NCBI GenBank assembly: GCA_040218735.1
Contig: JAVJQW010000022.1
Coordinates: 64,001 to 128,000, forward strand
Direction of reading: 5' to 3'
Source: Deltaproteobacteria bacterium
Lineage (GTDB): Bacteria; Myxococcota; Kuafuiibacteriia; Kuafuiibacteriales; Kuafuiibacteriaceae
Length of the DNA: 64,000 nt
Below, in pieces: positions 10,692 to 20,418 of the stretch (within the stretch, counting starts at the first letter, position 1; every line of letters begins with the position of its first letter). The notes beneath the pieces were generated by a model. That model saw only the letters and a list, made by a program, of their open reading frames with translations. It did not search any database and was not told the origin of the DNA. Both the position numbers and the translations under genes were made by a program.

Positions 10692-11838
10692 GGACGATCT
10701 GATCGAGGACGAGGCCTTCACCGAACGGGAGGTCGTGTTCGATCGCGATCGAGGACCTCGGACGCTGCGGGGTGAAGTGAATCGCGTGGCCGCCGCGCTC
10801 GGTCACTTCGGTCGACGAAGTCACGATCACCGGGTCGCTCAGCAGCGCGATGCCTGAGGGTTCGAGCGTGAAGGTCATCCCGTCCGAAGTCATCGAGCGT
10901 ACGTAAAAGCTCAGCGTGTACGTCTCGCCGGGCTCTGCGTTCTCGAAGATGAGCGTCGGTTGGAAGTTGTCGACGACGTGCCCGAGCATCACGCCCATGC
11001 GCTCCGAGATGCCCTGGTCGGCGCCGGACCAGTGGACCTCGGTCGGCGTGGCGCCGGGGGCGCCCACGACGATCGGTGCGGTGTCGAGATCGAAGCGGAC
11101 GTCGAGGGGGACCGGCTCGCCCGAGCCGTAGATGCTGAAGGACTTCGTCTCGGCGATGCTCCGGGTCGAGTAGTAGGAGAGCATGCGGTCGCGGTAGGCC
11201 TCCTCGTCGGGCTGCTCGGCCTCCGTCTGGTAGAGATCGAACCCCGTCTGGAACGGCACCAACCCGGCGAGCGCGCGGCGCGGCTCGGCGCGCATCTCTT
11301 CGAAGTCCAACACGCGCCCCTCGGAGACGAAGATGCCGGCGTACGTGACGTCGAAGTAGTGCCAAGCGTCGTCGTAGCAGAACTGCACCGCAGTGTGGCC
11401 CGAGCCGGGCTCGATGAAGTTGTAGAGGCTGACCATCTCGGCCCGCAGGCCCGCGCGCTCCGCGAGCTGCTTCGTGACGACGGAGCGCTCTCCGCACAGG
11501 CCGTAGAACGGGATGGCGCGGAGGTGCTGTCCGTCGCCCTGGTCGGCCGCGACCTCGCGGTCGTTGACGGAGCTCAGCGCGACCCAGCGCGCGATCGTCT
11601 CCGCCTTCACGGCGTCGGGCATCTCGGGATCCAGCGCCGGTTCGAGCTGTGTCCAGAGCCAGGAGACGTCCCACTTCTCGGGGTCCGGCGTGTAGTTCGG
11701 CGTCGCGACCGGATCACACTTCGACGTTGGATCCGCGGGCGTCACGACGGGGTGACACGCCGCGATCCCGACCACGATGACGATGGCCGCGCGAGACACG
11801 ATGCCGTGTCTATTCGGTGAAGCGCGCGCTCGGCGCAA
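10678..11838 (-). CDS. Secreted/lipoprotein with transglutaminase-like Cys-His-Asp motifs
   Basis: Hydrophobic stretch ending GIAAC; GLCGERS...GHTAVQF...WHYFDVT. Start uncertain. Confidence 0.65.
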   Translation of the reverse strand: MRRARASPNRHGIVSRAAIVIVVGIAACHPVVTPADPTSKCDPVATPNYTPDPEKWDVSWLWTQLEPALDPEMPDAVKAETIARWVALSSVNDREVAADQGDGQHLRAIPFYGLCGERSVVTKQLAERAGLRAEMVSLYNFIEPGSGHTAVQFCYDDAWHYFDVTYAGIFVSEGRVLDFEEMRAEPRRALAGLVPFQTGFDLYQTEAEQPDEEAYRDRMLSYYSTRSIAETKSFSIYGSGEPVPLDVRFDLDTAPIVVGAPGATPTEVHWSGADQGISERMGVMLGHVVDNFQPTLIFENAEPGETYTLSFYVRSMTSDGMTFTLEPSGIALLSDPVIVTSSTEVTERGGHAIHFTPQRPRSSIAIEHDLPFGEGLVLDQIVLTRG

Positions 11839-11841
11839 AAA

Positions 11842-12987
11842 TCAGGCTGACGTGATCGCCCGCTCCAACGTCACGAGCAGCGACGCCGCGCTCTCTTCCC
11901 AGGTCGGCACCTGCGCGAGCTGCGTGATGCGCTCCGGTTCGACGGGCTCTGCGAGCTGCGCCGCGAGCGCGTCCGCGAGCGCCTCGGGGTTGCTCGGCGG
12001 CACGAGGCGGCCCAGCGCCGGGTGGTGTACGGCCTCGGGGATCCCACCCACGTGGGTCGCGACGACCGGGCGACCGCACGCGTGGGCCTCGCGGACGACG
12101 TTCGGCATGCCCTCATCCCAGCTCGGCAGCGTGAGGACGTCGCACGCCGCAAGGTAGGTTGCGATCTGCTCGTGCGGCTTGCGCCCCACTGCGCGGACGG
12201 TCGGGTTCGCCTGGAGGGTGTCGAGCATCGGGCCGTCGCCCACGTAGAGCACGGTCGCGTTCGGCGTGGTCCTCGAGAGGAGCTCGGCGGCGCGCAGCAG
12301 ATCCTCGGCGCCTTTGTGGTCGGCGAGGTGGCCGACGTAGAGGATCAGGCGGTCGACGTCGGTGAGGCCGAGCGTGCGGCGCGCGGCGTCGCGGTCGCGG
12401 ACGTGGAAACGCTCGCGGTCGATGCCGTTGTAGACCACGTCGATGCGTTCACGCGGCACGTTCAACAGCTGCGCCGCCTCCGCGAGCTTCTCACTCACGC
12501 AGACGACGCGCTCGGCGCGCGGGAGGAGCTGCTCCATCTGCAGGCGCGCGCTGAGGTGCTCGGGGACGCGGTTGAGATCACTCCCATGGCACTTCACGAC
12601 GACCGGGAGGCCCTGCGCCTTCGCCGCGACCAACGCACCGCACGCGTCGGGATACGCGTAGGCGCCGAGCACCAAGTCGTAGCGCTGCCCGCGCAGGCGC
12701 CGCGCCGCGAGGTGCGCGGTGACGGACGACGCCACCGACGCCGCGTTCAGCGCAACCGCGCCCGGCACGGTGAGGAAACGAGGGCGGAACACGTCGATGC
12801 CGTCGAAGACCTCGTGCCGCGAGAGGCCGCTTCGCAGCGGCGGGAAGATCTTCCTCGGGACGAGCGCGAAGATCTCGACGTCGGCGATCTCGGCGAGCGC
12901 GCGGAACTGCTGACGGTTGAACGGCGCGAAGTCCGGCCGCGCTTCGCTCGGGTAGAGGTTCGTGACGACGAGGACCGAGCGGCGCAC
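11842..12987 (-). CDS. Glycosyltransferase family 4 (TuaC-like)
   Basis: VLVVTNLYPS, KCHGSDLN, PSWDEGMPNVVREAHACGRPVVATHVGGIPE; start trimmed to GTG 12987. Confidence 0.92.
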   Translation of the reverse strand: MRRSVLVVTNLYPSEARPDFAPFNRQQFRALAEIADVEIFALVPRKIFPPLRSGLSRHEVFDGIDVFRPRFLTVPGAVALNAASVASSVTAHLAARRLRGQRYDLVLGAYAYPDACGALVAAKAQGLPVVVKCHGSDLNRVPEHLSARLQMEQLLPRAERVVCVSEKLAEAAQLLNVPRERIDVVYNGIDRERFHVRDRDAARRTLGLTDVDRLILYVGHLADHKGAEDLLRAAELLSRTTPNATVLYVGDGPMLDTLQANPTVRAVGRKPHEQIATYLAACDVLTLPSWDEGMPNVVREAHACGRPVVATHVGGIPEAVHHPALGRLVPPSNPEALADALAAQLAEPVEPERITQLAQVPTWEESAASLLVTLERAITSA

Positions 12988-12988
12988 G

Positions 12989-13522
12989 TCAGGCGGCCTT
13001 CGTTTCCTGCAGCGTGTCGAGCGCGCGCCGCACGCTCCGTTCGGCGCGGTCGAGGCAGGCGTGCACCTCGTCGACGTAGCCGTCCGCCGAGGCGGACCAC
13101 GCGCGGTTGAGCGCGCGTTCGCCGCTCGCGAAGGCGTCCATCGTGCGCGCGTAGACGTCGAGGCCGTGCACGGTGGCGATCGTCTCACGAACTTCGACGA
13201 AGCGGTTCACGTCGTGCATCACGTCCGCGTCGATGCGGCCGTGGATGCCGTAGACGCCGACACGCTCGCGCTCCGCGTTGAGGGCTTCGATCGCGGCGAG
13301 TGTCGCGGCCAAGCTCTCGTGGACGACCTGCAGCTCCGCCGCCGCGGCCTTGTGATCCGTCGTTCCGCCGCGCGCCGTGAGGCGTAGGAGCACGACGCCC
13401 GCGATCGCGATCGCAACGGTGATGCCGTACTGCCACCACGTCACGGTCGACAGCTCGCGCACCGTGACGAACGTACCCGCGGTGACGCCGAGAAAGAAGA
13501 GGACGAGCCCTGCGATACGCAT
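12989..13522 (-). CDS. Hypothetical membrane protein (2 N-terminal TM segments)
   Basis: Host-like codon usage, tightly packed between OPT and GT4. Confidence 0.75.
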   Translation of the reverse strand: MRIAGLVLFFLGVTAGTFVTVRELSTVTWWQYGITVAIAIAGVVLLRLTARGGTTDHKAAAAELQVVHESLAATLAAIEALNAERERVGVYGIHGRIDADVMHDVNRFVEVRETIATVHGLDVYARTMDAFASGERALNRAWSASADGYVDEVHACLDRAERSVRRALDTLQETKAA

Positions 13523-13525
13523 GGT

Positions 13526-15289
13526 TCAGCTCCCCGCCGCCGCGGCGATCTTGACGAGGGCGATGCCCACGCCGACGAGCGCCTCGCCGACGATCAACCC
13601 GGCCGCGACCGGGATGCCGACGTTTTCGCACCACTCGCGGCCCTTCACGCGCTGCAGGAGCACGCGGTTGGCGACGCCGATCGTGTACGTGAGGACGATG
13701 TTGAAGGGCATGTAGAAGCCGAGCCCGATGAGGACGCCGATGCCGCCGAGCCCGGACAGCGCCATCACGAACCCGATGCCGGCCCCCGCGCCGTAGCGGA
13801 ACGTCGGCACGTCGCCGCCCATGATACCGCCGACCATGCTCGCGAGCGCCTGGCCTTGCGGCGCGGGGAGCTTCTCGCTCCCGAGCCCGTACGCTTCGTG
13901 GAGGACGAAGATCAGGCCCATGACGAGGATGGGGCCGAGCCAGGTCGCGAGGAACTGGCCGATCTGCTGCGCGCGCGGGCTGGCGCCGGTGAGGTAGCCG
14001 CTCTTGAGGTCGAGCATCATGTCGCCCGCCTGCGCGATGGCCACGCAAATCGCGGCGCCGACGATCACACTCACGACGATCGTCGAGCGGTCCGACATCC
14101 CGCTCGCGACGAAGATCAGGATCGTCACCGCGATGAGCGTCATGCCGGAGAGCGGTGACCAGTTCGTGCGGCCGAGGCACTCGGCGACGATGACGCCGGC
14201 GACCCAGATCCACAGCGTCCCCACGACCGCCATCGCGATGGCGCGGAGGATCGTCATCTCGGGTGCGGAGAAGAACGCAAACGCGGTGAGGCCGACCGCC
14301 GCGAGCGCGACCCCCGCGTAGAGCACCTTGATCGGGAGCTCGTCGTTGTCGCGGGCCAGCTCCGACGAGGCGCGACCCGCCTCCTGCATCGAGCTGATGG
14401 CGCTCTTGATCAGCGGGAACGCCGCGATGACACCACCGATCGCCGCGCCGATCAGGATGCCGATCCCCGCCGGCTGGAACAGCGCCCCGCGGAGCGCGCC
14501 CGGCCCGGCCTTCAGGACCGGCTCCACCTCGGGCCCGCCGAACACGGTGAGGAGCGGCGCGAAGAGCCAGTAACAGGCGAAGCCGCCGATGCCGAACGTG
14601 ATGCCACCTTTGCCGGAGAGGAAGCCGACGCCGACGGTGAGCAGCGAGAGGTACAGCGCGACGTTGAGGTAGCTGGGCAGGCCGAGCTGCGCGCCGAGCT
14701 CCCAGGTCTCGTGGTGGACCTCGATGACCTGCGTGACGATCAGGTGGACGACTGCGGAGACGATCGCGCCGCCCACGAGGAGCATCGCCTTCTTGAGTCC
14801 CGCGCCCGGCGACTTGAGGATCGCGGCGACCGCGATGCCGCCCGGGTAGGCGAGGCGGTTGAAGTCGATCATCTGCTTCCGCAGCGGCACGATGAACGCG
14901 ATGCCGAGCACGCCGCCGGTGATGCAGGCGAGCACCATCAGGTACGGGTTGAAGTCGATGAGGCCCGGCGTGTCCTTCTCGAGGATGAACAGCGCGGGCA
15001 CGGAGAACATCATCCCGGCCGACGCGCCGTTCACGGCGGAGGCGACGGTCTGGTTCACGTTGTTCTCGACGATCGAGGAGCGCCTCAGGATCCCGCGGAG
15101 GATGCCCCAGCCTAGGATGGCGGCGAGCTCGGAGCCCTCGATCGAGAAGCCGAGGATCAGGCTGGCGTAGCCGATGCTGATCGCGATCAGCGCGCCCAGC
15201 CCGTAACCCACGAGGATCCCGACCCAGGTCAGCTCCGGGTACGGTCCACGTCGAATCGGGCGACCCTGCGGGTCGAGGGCGGCGGTCAT
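13526..15289 (-). CDS. OPT-family oligopeptide transporter
   Basis: YPELTW, VENNVNQTVASA, LAYPGGIAVA, MMLDLKSGYLTGASPRAQQIGQ, PAPQG; many TM helices. Confidence 0.92.
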   Translation of the reverse strand: MTAALDPQGRPIRRGPYPELTWVGILVGYGLGALIAISIGYASLILGFSIEGSELAAILGWGILRGILRRSSIVENNVNQTVASAVNGASAGMMFSVPALFILEKDTPGLIDFNPYLMVLACITGGVLGIAFIVPLRKQMIDFNRLAYPGGIAVAAILKSPGAGLKKAMLLVGGAIVSAVVHLIVTQVIEVHHETWELGAQLGLPSYLNVALYLSLLTVGVGFLSGKGGITFGIGGFACYWLFAPLLTVFGGPEVEPVLKAGPGALRGALFQPAGIGILIGAAIGGVIAAFPLIKSAISSMQEAGRASSELARDNDELPIKVLYAGVALAAVGLTAFAFFSAPEMTILRAIAMAVVGTLWIWVAGVIVAECLGRTNWSPLSGMTLIAVTILIFVASGMSDRSTIVVSVIVGAAICVAIAQAGDMMLDLKSGYLTGASPRAQQIGQFLATWLGPILVMGLIFVLHEAYGLGSEKLPAPQGQALASMVGGIMGGDVPTFRYGAGAGIGFVMALSGLGGIGVLIGLGFYMPFNIVLTYTIGVANRVLLQRVKGREWCENVGIPVAAGLIVGEALVGVGIALVKIAAAAGS

Positions 15290-15399
15290 CGGCGCCCTTA
15301 CAGCGCGCTCGGTCGGGGCGGTCAAGCGATCTGGTCCCGACTGGCGGCGTGAAGTTTGTCTTGGGGCCTTCGCGGCGCTTCCGCTAGCTTGGCGCCGCG

Positions 15400-16281
15400 A
15401 TGACGAGGACCGCCGAGCACGACAAGTTGGAGCGTCAGCTCGAGCGGCAGATCCGCCAGACGTCGAAGCGCTACGGCCTCCTCGCAGAGGGCGACAAGGT
15501 GCTCGTCGCGATCTCCGGCGGCAAGGACAGCTACACGATGCTGCGCATCCTCTCGCGCATCGCCACGCGGTTGCCGTTCGACGTGGAGCTGGTCGCGGTG
15601 CACCTCGACCAGCAGCAGCCGGGTTACGACGGGCGGCCGCTCGTCGAGTGGTTGGAGCAGCACGCAAACGTCGCGTACGAGATCCTCTCGGAGGACACGT
15701 ACTCGGTGGTGACGGACCACCTCGATGCGGCGTCGACGTACTGCTCGCTGTGCTCGCGCCTGCGCCGCGGCATCCTCTACACGGCGGCGGAGCGCCTCGG
15801 CTGCAACAAGATCGCGCTGGGCCATCACCGCGAGGACACGCTCGAGACGTTCATGATGAACCTCTTCTACGCGGGCAAGCTCCAGGCGATGCCGGCGAAG
15901 TACACGACCGACGACGGTCGCTTCGAGGTCATCCGCCCCATGATCGAGTGCAGCGAGGACAAGATTCGACGCTACGCCGAGCTGGAGGCGTTCCCGATCC
16001 TCCCCTGCAACCTGTGCGGCTCGCAGAGCGGCCTGAAGCGCGAGCTGATGGGGCAGATGCTGGAGCATATGGAGCAGACGAACCCGCACGTGCGCGCGGT
16101 GATGCTCAACGCGCTGACGAACGTGCGCCCGACGCACCTGCTCGACCAGGACGTGTTGGCGGCGTGGTCGGAGCGCGACGAAGCGATTCGGCCGGACGCG
16201 GAGGTCACGCCGCGCCGCGCCCACGCGGCCGCGGAGCCGGTGCTGAAACGGAACGCCCGGTTGCCGATCTTGGAGCACTGA
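15400..16281 (+). CDS. ttcA: tRNA 2-thiocytidine(32) synthetase
   Basis: PP-loop SGGKDS, LDQQQPG, CSLCSRLRRGILY, LGHHRED, PCNLCGSQ. Confidence 0.96.
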   Translation: MTRTAEHDKLERQLERQIRQTSKRYGLLAEGDKVLVAISGGKDSYTMLRILSRIATRLPFDVELVAVHLDQQQPGYDGRPLVEWLEQHANVAYEILSEDTYSVVTDHLDAASTYCSLCSRLRRGILYTAAERLGCNKIALGHHREDTLETFMMNLFYAGKLQAMPAKYTTDDGRFEVIRPMIECSEDKIRRYAELEAFPILPCNLCGSQSGLKRELMGQMLEHMEQTNPHVRAVMLNALTNVRPTHLLDQDVLAAWSERDEAIRPDAEVTPRRAHAAAEPVLKRNARLPILEH

Positions 16282-16327
16282 TCGCTTTGTCCGGTGACGC
16301 TCCCGTCGTCGTCGCTACGATGTCCGG

Positions 16328-16669
16328 GTGACGGTCCGCATCACGCCCCTGAAGGTCGTCTTCCTCCTCGCGCCGCTCCTCCTCCTCGTCTTCGGCCTCG
16401 AGCACTACGACGCCTACTGGGTGCCGCGCGGACCGAAGAACGTCATCGCCGGGGAGGCGCTGCTCTTCACCACGGGCTTTTGCTACTTCACCCTCCTCCT
16501 CAGCTACGTGCCGTTCGTGCACGACTTCCTGAGCCAGGGCTTCTGGTACAAGTTCCACTTCGTCCGTTCGAGCCCCGGCCAGGCGAGCGTCGCGCTGTTC
16601 GTGGTGCGCTGGGGCGCGCAGCTGCTGTTGTGGACGGTCGCGATCCTCGCGGCCACCGGCCGGGGTTAG
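16328..16669 (+). CDS. Small hypothetical membrane protein
   Basis: 113 aa with three hydrophobic segments; fills the gap between ttcA and def. Confidence 0.6.
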   Translation: MTVRITPLKVVFLLAPLLLLVFGLEHYDAYWVPRGPKNVIAGEALLFTTGFCYFTLLLSYVPFVHDFLSQGFWYKFHFVRSSPGQASVALFVVRWGAQLLLWTVAILAATGRG

Positions 16670-17241
16670 GCGTGGTACTTCGCGACGATCGCGTCGACGC
16701 GCTCGAGGAACTTCGGTTTGTGGTGCCGGTCGAACTCCGTCCACGTCGCGAACGTCGTCGGGTCGGTGACGCGGTCGACGAAGATCTTCCCGAAGAGGTG
16801 GTCGACCTCGTGCTGGATCGTGCCCGCGGTGAAGCCCGCGTAGGTCTCGTCGATCGCTTCGCCGTGGCGGTCCCAAGCGCGTAGCCGGATGCGCGCGGTG
16901 CGCGCGACGAGCCCTCTCAAGTTCGGCACCGAGAGGCACCCCTCGTAGTTGTCGAAGGTCTCGTCCGTGAGGTGCTCGATCTTCGGGTTCACCAAGATCG
17001 TCAGGGGGATCTTCGGCTTGTACGGGTAGCGCGGGTTGTCGCCGACCTCCATCGCGCAGATCTGCAGCGGCGTGTAGACCTGCGTCGCCGCGAGGCCGGC
17101 GCCGTTGGCGTCGCGCATCGTCTCGATGAGGTCGTCGATGAAGGTCTGGATCTCGGCGGACAAGAGCTCCTCCCTCGTCACTTCCCGGGCGACCTCCCTC
17201 AGGATCGGGTGTCCGATCTGCGCGATCTTTCGAATCGTCAT
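16666..17241 (-). CDS. def: Peptide deformylase
   Basis: GAGLAATQ, EGCLSV, QHEVDHLFG. Confidence 0.96.
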   Translation of the reverse strand: MTIRKIAQIGHPILREVAREVTREELLSAEIQTFIDDLIETMRDANGAGLAATQVYTPLQICAMEVGDNPRYPYKPKIPLTILVNPKIEHLTDETFDNYEGCLSVPNLRGLVARTARIRLRAWDRHGEAIDETYAGFTAGTIQHEVDHLFGKIFVDRVTDPTTFATWTEFDRHHKPKFLERVDAIVAKYHA

Positions 17242-17272
17242 CGCGCCGAGTATCGCGTTAGACACGGGCGCC

Positions 17273-18046
17273 GTGAAGATCGTGACGTGGAACGTGAACT
17301 CCCTCCGCCTCCGCGAGGACCTCGTGCTGAACTGGATCGAGGGCGAGGATCCGGACGTCGTCTGCATGCAGGAGACGAAGGTCCCCGACCAGGAGTTCCC
17401 GGAGGACAGCTTCGGCGACCTCGAGTACGACGTCTCGTTCTACGGGCAGCCCGCCTACAACGGCGTCGCCATCGCGAGCCGCGAGGAGCAGGAGGACGTC
17501 ACGCCCGGCTTCCCCTCCGACGACGACGACAGCGAACGGCGCTTCCTCGCCGCCACCGTCGAAGGCATCCGCCTCGTCGATCTGTACGTCCCGAACGGCC
17601 AGACCTACGCGAGCGACAAGTACGCCTACAAGCTCCGCTGGCTCGACGAGCTGACGGGCCTGCTCGAAAAGGAGCTCGCCGCACACGACGCCGTCGTGGT
17701 GTGCGGTGACTTCAACATCGCGCCGCGCGACGTCGACGCGCACGACCCGCACCTGCTCGACGAAAAGAGCCTCTTCGTCAGCACCGAAGAGCGCGCCGCG
17801 TTCAACCGCCTCCTCGACCTCGGCCTCACCGACGCCTTCGCGCACCTGCACGGCGACGAAGACAAACCGTACACCTGGTGGGACTACCGCGGCGGGAGCT
17901 GGGAGCGAAACCGCGGCCTACGCATCGACCACTTCCTCGTAAGCGACGCGGTCCTCGAACGCGCGAAGTCCGTGACGATCCACCGCGCGATGCGCGGCGA
18001 AGAGCAGCCGAGTGATCACGTCCCGGTGGTCTTGGAGCTCGACTGA
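17273..18046 (+). CDS. xth: Exodeoxyribonuclease III
   Basis: KIVTWNVNS, MQETK, YVPNG, GDFNIAP, YTWWDYR, LRIDH, SDHVPV. Confidence 0.96.
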   Translation: MKIVTWNVNSLRLREDLVLNWIEGEDPDVVCMQETKVPDQEFPEDSFGDLEYDVSFYGQPAYNGVAIASREEQEDVTPGFPSDDDDSERRFLAATVEGIRLVDLYVPNGQTYASDKYAYKLRWLDELTGLLEKELAAHDAVVVCGDFNIAPRDVDAHDPHLLDEKSLFVSTEERAAFNRLLDLGLTDAFAHLHGDEDKPYTWWDYRGGSWERNRGLRIDHFLVSDAVLERAKSVTIHRAMRGEEQPSDHVPVVLELD

Positions 18047-18486
18047 ATCGAGCAGTGCACCGAGACCTTCGAGATGAGCTGCCCGCACGGCTGATCGCCG
18101 GGGCGCCCGAGGTCGATGCAGCGCTGCACCGCCCACTTCGAAACACCGAGGATGTCGTCCGCCGCGGGGACCCCGTCGCAGAGGCCCGCAGTCTGGCGGG
18201 CCTGGTCGAGGCACTGGGTGAGGAAGGCGCTGACCATGCCGCGGCACATCGCGGCGCCGAGCGCGCCCCCTTCGCAGGCGTCGCTCTTGCGCAGCGACTC
18301 GTCGATGCACTCGGACTGCTCGTGCGCCGCGGCGAACTCACCCGCCTCCGCGGCGACCTGGTCCGCCTTGGCTTTGAAGTCCTCGGCGTTGTTCTGGAAC
18401 CAGACGTAGCCGGCGACGCAGGTGCCCGCGCCGAGGAGGAACATGCCGGCGATGACGCCGATGATGACCTTCCACGTGGTGCTCAT
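18016..18486 (-). CDS. Hypothetical membrane-anchored Cys-containing protein
   Basis: N-terminal TM segment, several Cys, host-like codons. Confidence 0.7.
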   Translation of the reverse strand: MSTTWKVIIGVIAGMFLLGAGTCVAGYVWFQNNAEDFKAKADQVAAEAGEFAAAHEQSECIDESLRKSDACEGGALGAAMCRGMVSAFLTQCLDQARQTAGLCDGVPAADDILGVSKWAVQRCIDLGRPGDQPCGQLISKVSVHCSIQSSSKTTGT

Positions 18487-18490
18487 GAAT

Positions 18491-19075
18491 TCAGACCCAA
18501 GCCTTGCGCAGCTCGGCGCCGAGCTCGACGACGCTCATACGGAACAGCTCGTCCTCGCGGACGCGCGCGACGACGTCCTGGTCGTCGCGGACCAGCACCA
18601 CGGCGCGGAAGTCCTTGCGCTTGAGCTTCGCGAGCGCCTTCTCGCGCGGGAGGATCTTCTGGAGCTTGGCGACGTCCGCCGGCCCGACCTTCACGTCCGC
18701 GGCGCCCGCGTCCTCGAGGAGCTGGGCGATCCCGTCCTGGAGCTGCTCGGAGAGGCGCCCGAGGTTGTTCTTGGCCCGCAGCGGCACCCGGGCGACCTGC
18801 GCGGTGGCGGGGTCGACGTCCTTGGAGAAGGTAACCCCGGCCCCGTCCATCTTGAGGCCGGAGAACTCGGGGAGGCACAGGAGCATGAAGCTGTAGTCCA
18901 GCGGGTGCTCCATGGCCGGGTTGAGGTAGTCGTCGACCCAGTTTTCCCAGTCGATCCGGAGTGTTCGGCAGATGAACTTGTTGAGGTGCAGCCACGCTTG
19001 CACCCGCTCCTGCTGATCCGGCGACAGCTGCCGGTAGCTCTCGAGCCACGCGCCCATGCGTGGTTGTTCTAACAT
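18491..19075 (-). CDS. Hypothetical protein
   Basis: C-terminal 194 aa of the long ORF reads as globular protein; the upstream part is antisense to 19145-19834. Confidence 0.65.
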   Translation of the reverse strand: MLEQPRMGAWLESYRQLSPDQQERVQAWLHLNKFICRTLRIDWENWVDDYLNPAMEHPLDYSFMLLCLPEFSGLKMDGAGVTFSKDVDPATAQVARVPLRAKNNLGRLSEQLQDGIAQLLEDAGAADVKVGPADVAKLQKILPREKALAKLKRKDFRAVVLVRDDQDVVARVREDELFRMSVVELGAELRKAWV

Positions 19076-19144
19076 CCCCCGACGAAAAAGGCGCAACAGA
19101 CGGCGCGAACCTGCGAAAATGTAGGTCGAGAACGGAGATTCTTC

Positions 19145-19834
19145 ATGACCAGCGGTATCCAGTTTTCCGGCAAAGGCGCACTCGCCGGCTTCGTGGCCGA
19201 CAAGCTCTTGGGGACGTCGTTCCCGATCGGCACCGCCATCGGCGCGCTCTACAAGAACCTGTCGAAGTTCGATCCGAGCGACATGAACGCCGCCTACAGC
19301 GAGACGTTCAACCAGGCGAAGGCGCAGTTCCAGTCCGGCGATCTCGAAGGGATGGCGCGCGGTCTGTTCGACAAAGCGGCCGAGTGGCTCGGTGGCGGCG
19401 TGTCCGAAAATGGCCAGCCCAACACCAACGAAGCGGCGCTCGCGATGCTCCGCCCCCGCGCGGACGGCGATGCGCAGAAGGAAGCCCAGTCGAAGTTCGG
19501 CTTCGGCGGCTGGGGCAAGGCGCTCATGATCGGCGGCGGCGTCCTCGCGGGCATCTCGCTCCTCAACAACCTGTCGTTCGGTGGCTTCGGGATGCCGATG
19601 TTCGGCGCGGGCATGCAGAACATGTTCGACCCCGGGATGCTGATGTACCAGATGCAGAACATGATCGCGGGCGGCGGCATGACGCCCGGGATGATGAACC
19701 CCGCCATGATGGGCATGGACCCGACGATGATGATGGCGGGCATGGGCGGCGGCGGCGGCGGCCTCACCTCGCTCGCGCTCCTCGCGGGCGGCGGCTGGCT
19801 GCTCTCGAAGATGCTGAAGGGCGCCAAGTTCTGA
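19145..19834 (+). CDS. Gly/Met-rich hypothetical protein
   Basis: RBS ggag before ATG; strong codon bias; GM-rich C-terminal half with two hydrophobic segments. Confidence 0.75.
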   Translation: MTSGIQFSGKGALAGFVADKLLGTSFPIGTAIGALYKNLSKFDPSDMNAAYSETFNQAKAQFQSGDLEGMARGLFDKAAEWLGGGVSENGQPNTNEAALAMLRPRADGDAQKEAQSKFGFGGWGKALMIGGGVLAGISLLNNLSFGGFGMPMFGAGMQNMFDPGMLMYQMQNMIAGGGMTPGMMNPAMMGMDPTMMMAGMGGGGGGLTSLALLAGGGWLLSKMLKGAKF

Positions 19835-19850
19835 TACCGTCCCTGTCGAC

Positions 19851-20384
19851 ATGACCGACCAAGAAGGCCCGTCCCGGGTCGTTCCGCGCGTCGAGGGCCA
19901 CGTCGAGGCGCTCCGCGCGGCCGGCCTCAACACCGAAGCATTCTTCGACGCGCTGGTCGGCATCCGCGACGACACCCTCCTCCAAGACCAGCACCGCGAA
20001 GCGCTCTATCGCCTCATCGCGACGGAGTCGTTCCTCTGGTACCTCGAGGCGCTGAAGGGGGAGCCGATCGACCGGATCAAGCTCGCGCTGGTCGCCCAGG
20101 AGATCGCGGAGAAGAACGCCGCCGCGATCAAGAAACACGTCCCCGGGGAGAACGCCGCCGAGCTGCTGCTCCGCGCGATGCAGGACGACGAGCCGACCGA
20201 GCCCGCGCAGGGCCCGCCGAACACACCTCGGAAGGCGCCGCCCAACGCACAGACGAAGCTCGACCGCCCCGCGCCGCGCAAACCCCCGGCCGACGCGAAG
20301 ACCGTGCGCGACAAACACCCGCGCCCGCGCCGCCCGCCGGACGCGTCGACGCGTGTGGATCGCCCACCGCCCAAGAAGAAGTAG
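19851..20384 (+). CDS. Hypothetical protein with Pro/Arg/Lys-rich tail
   Basis: Helical N-terminus, low-complexity C-terminus, co-oriented neighbours. Confidence 0.65.
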   Translation: MTDQEGPSRVVPRVEGHVEALRAAGLNTEAFFDALVGIRDDTLLQDQHREALYRLIATESFLWYLEALKGEPIDRIKLALVAQEIAEKNAAAIKKHVPGENAAELLLRAMQDDEPTEPAQGPPNTPRKAPPNAQTKLDRPAPRKPPADAKTVRDKHPRPRRPPDASTRVDRPPPKKK

Positions 20385-20418
20385 CCGCGCGGCGCCTTCG
20401 TTCGTTAAGACGCGGCGC

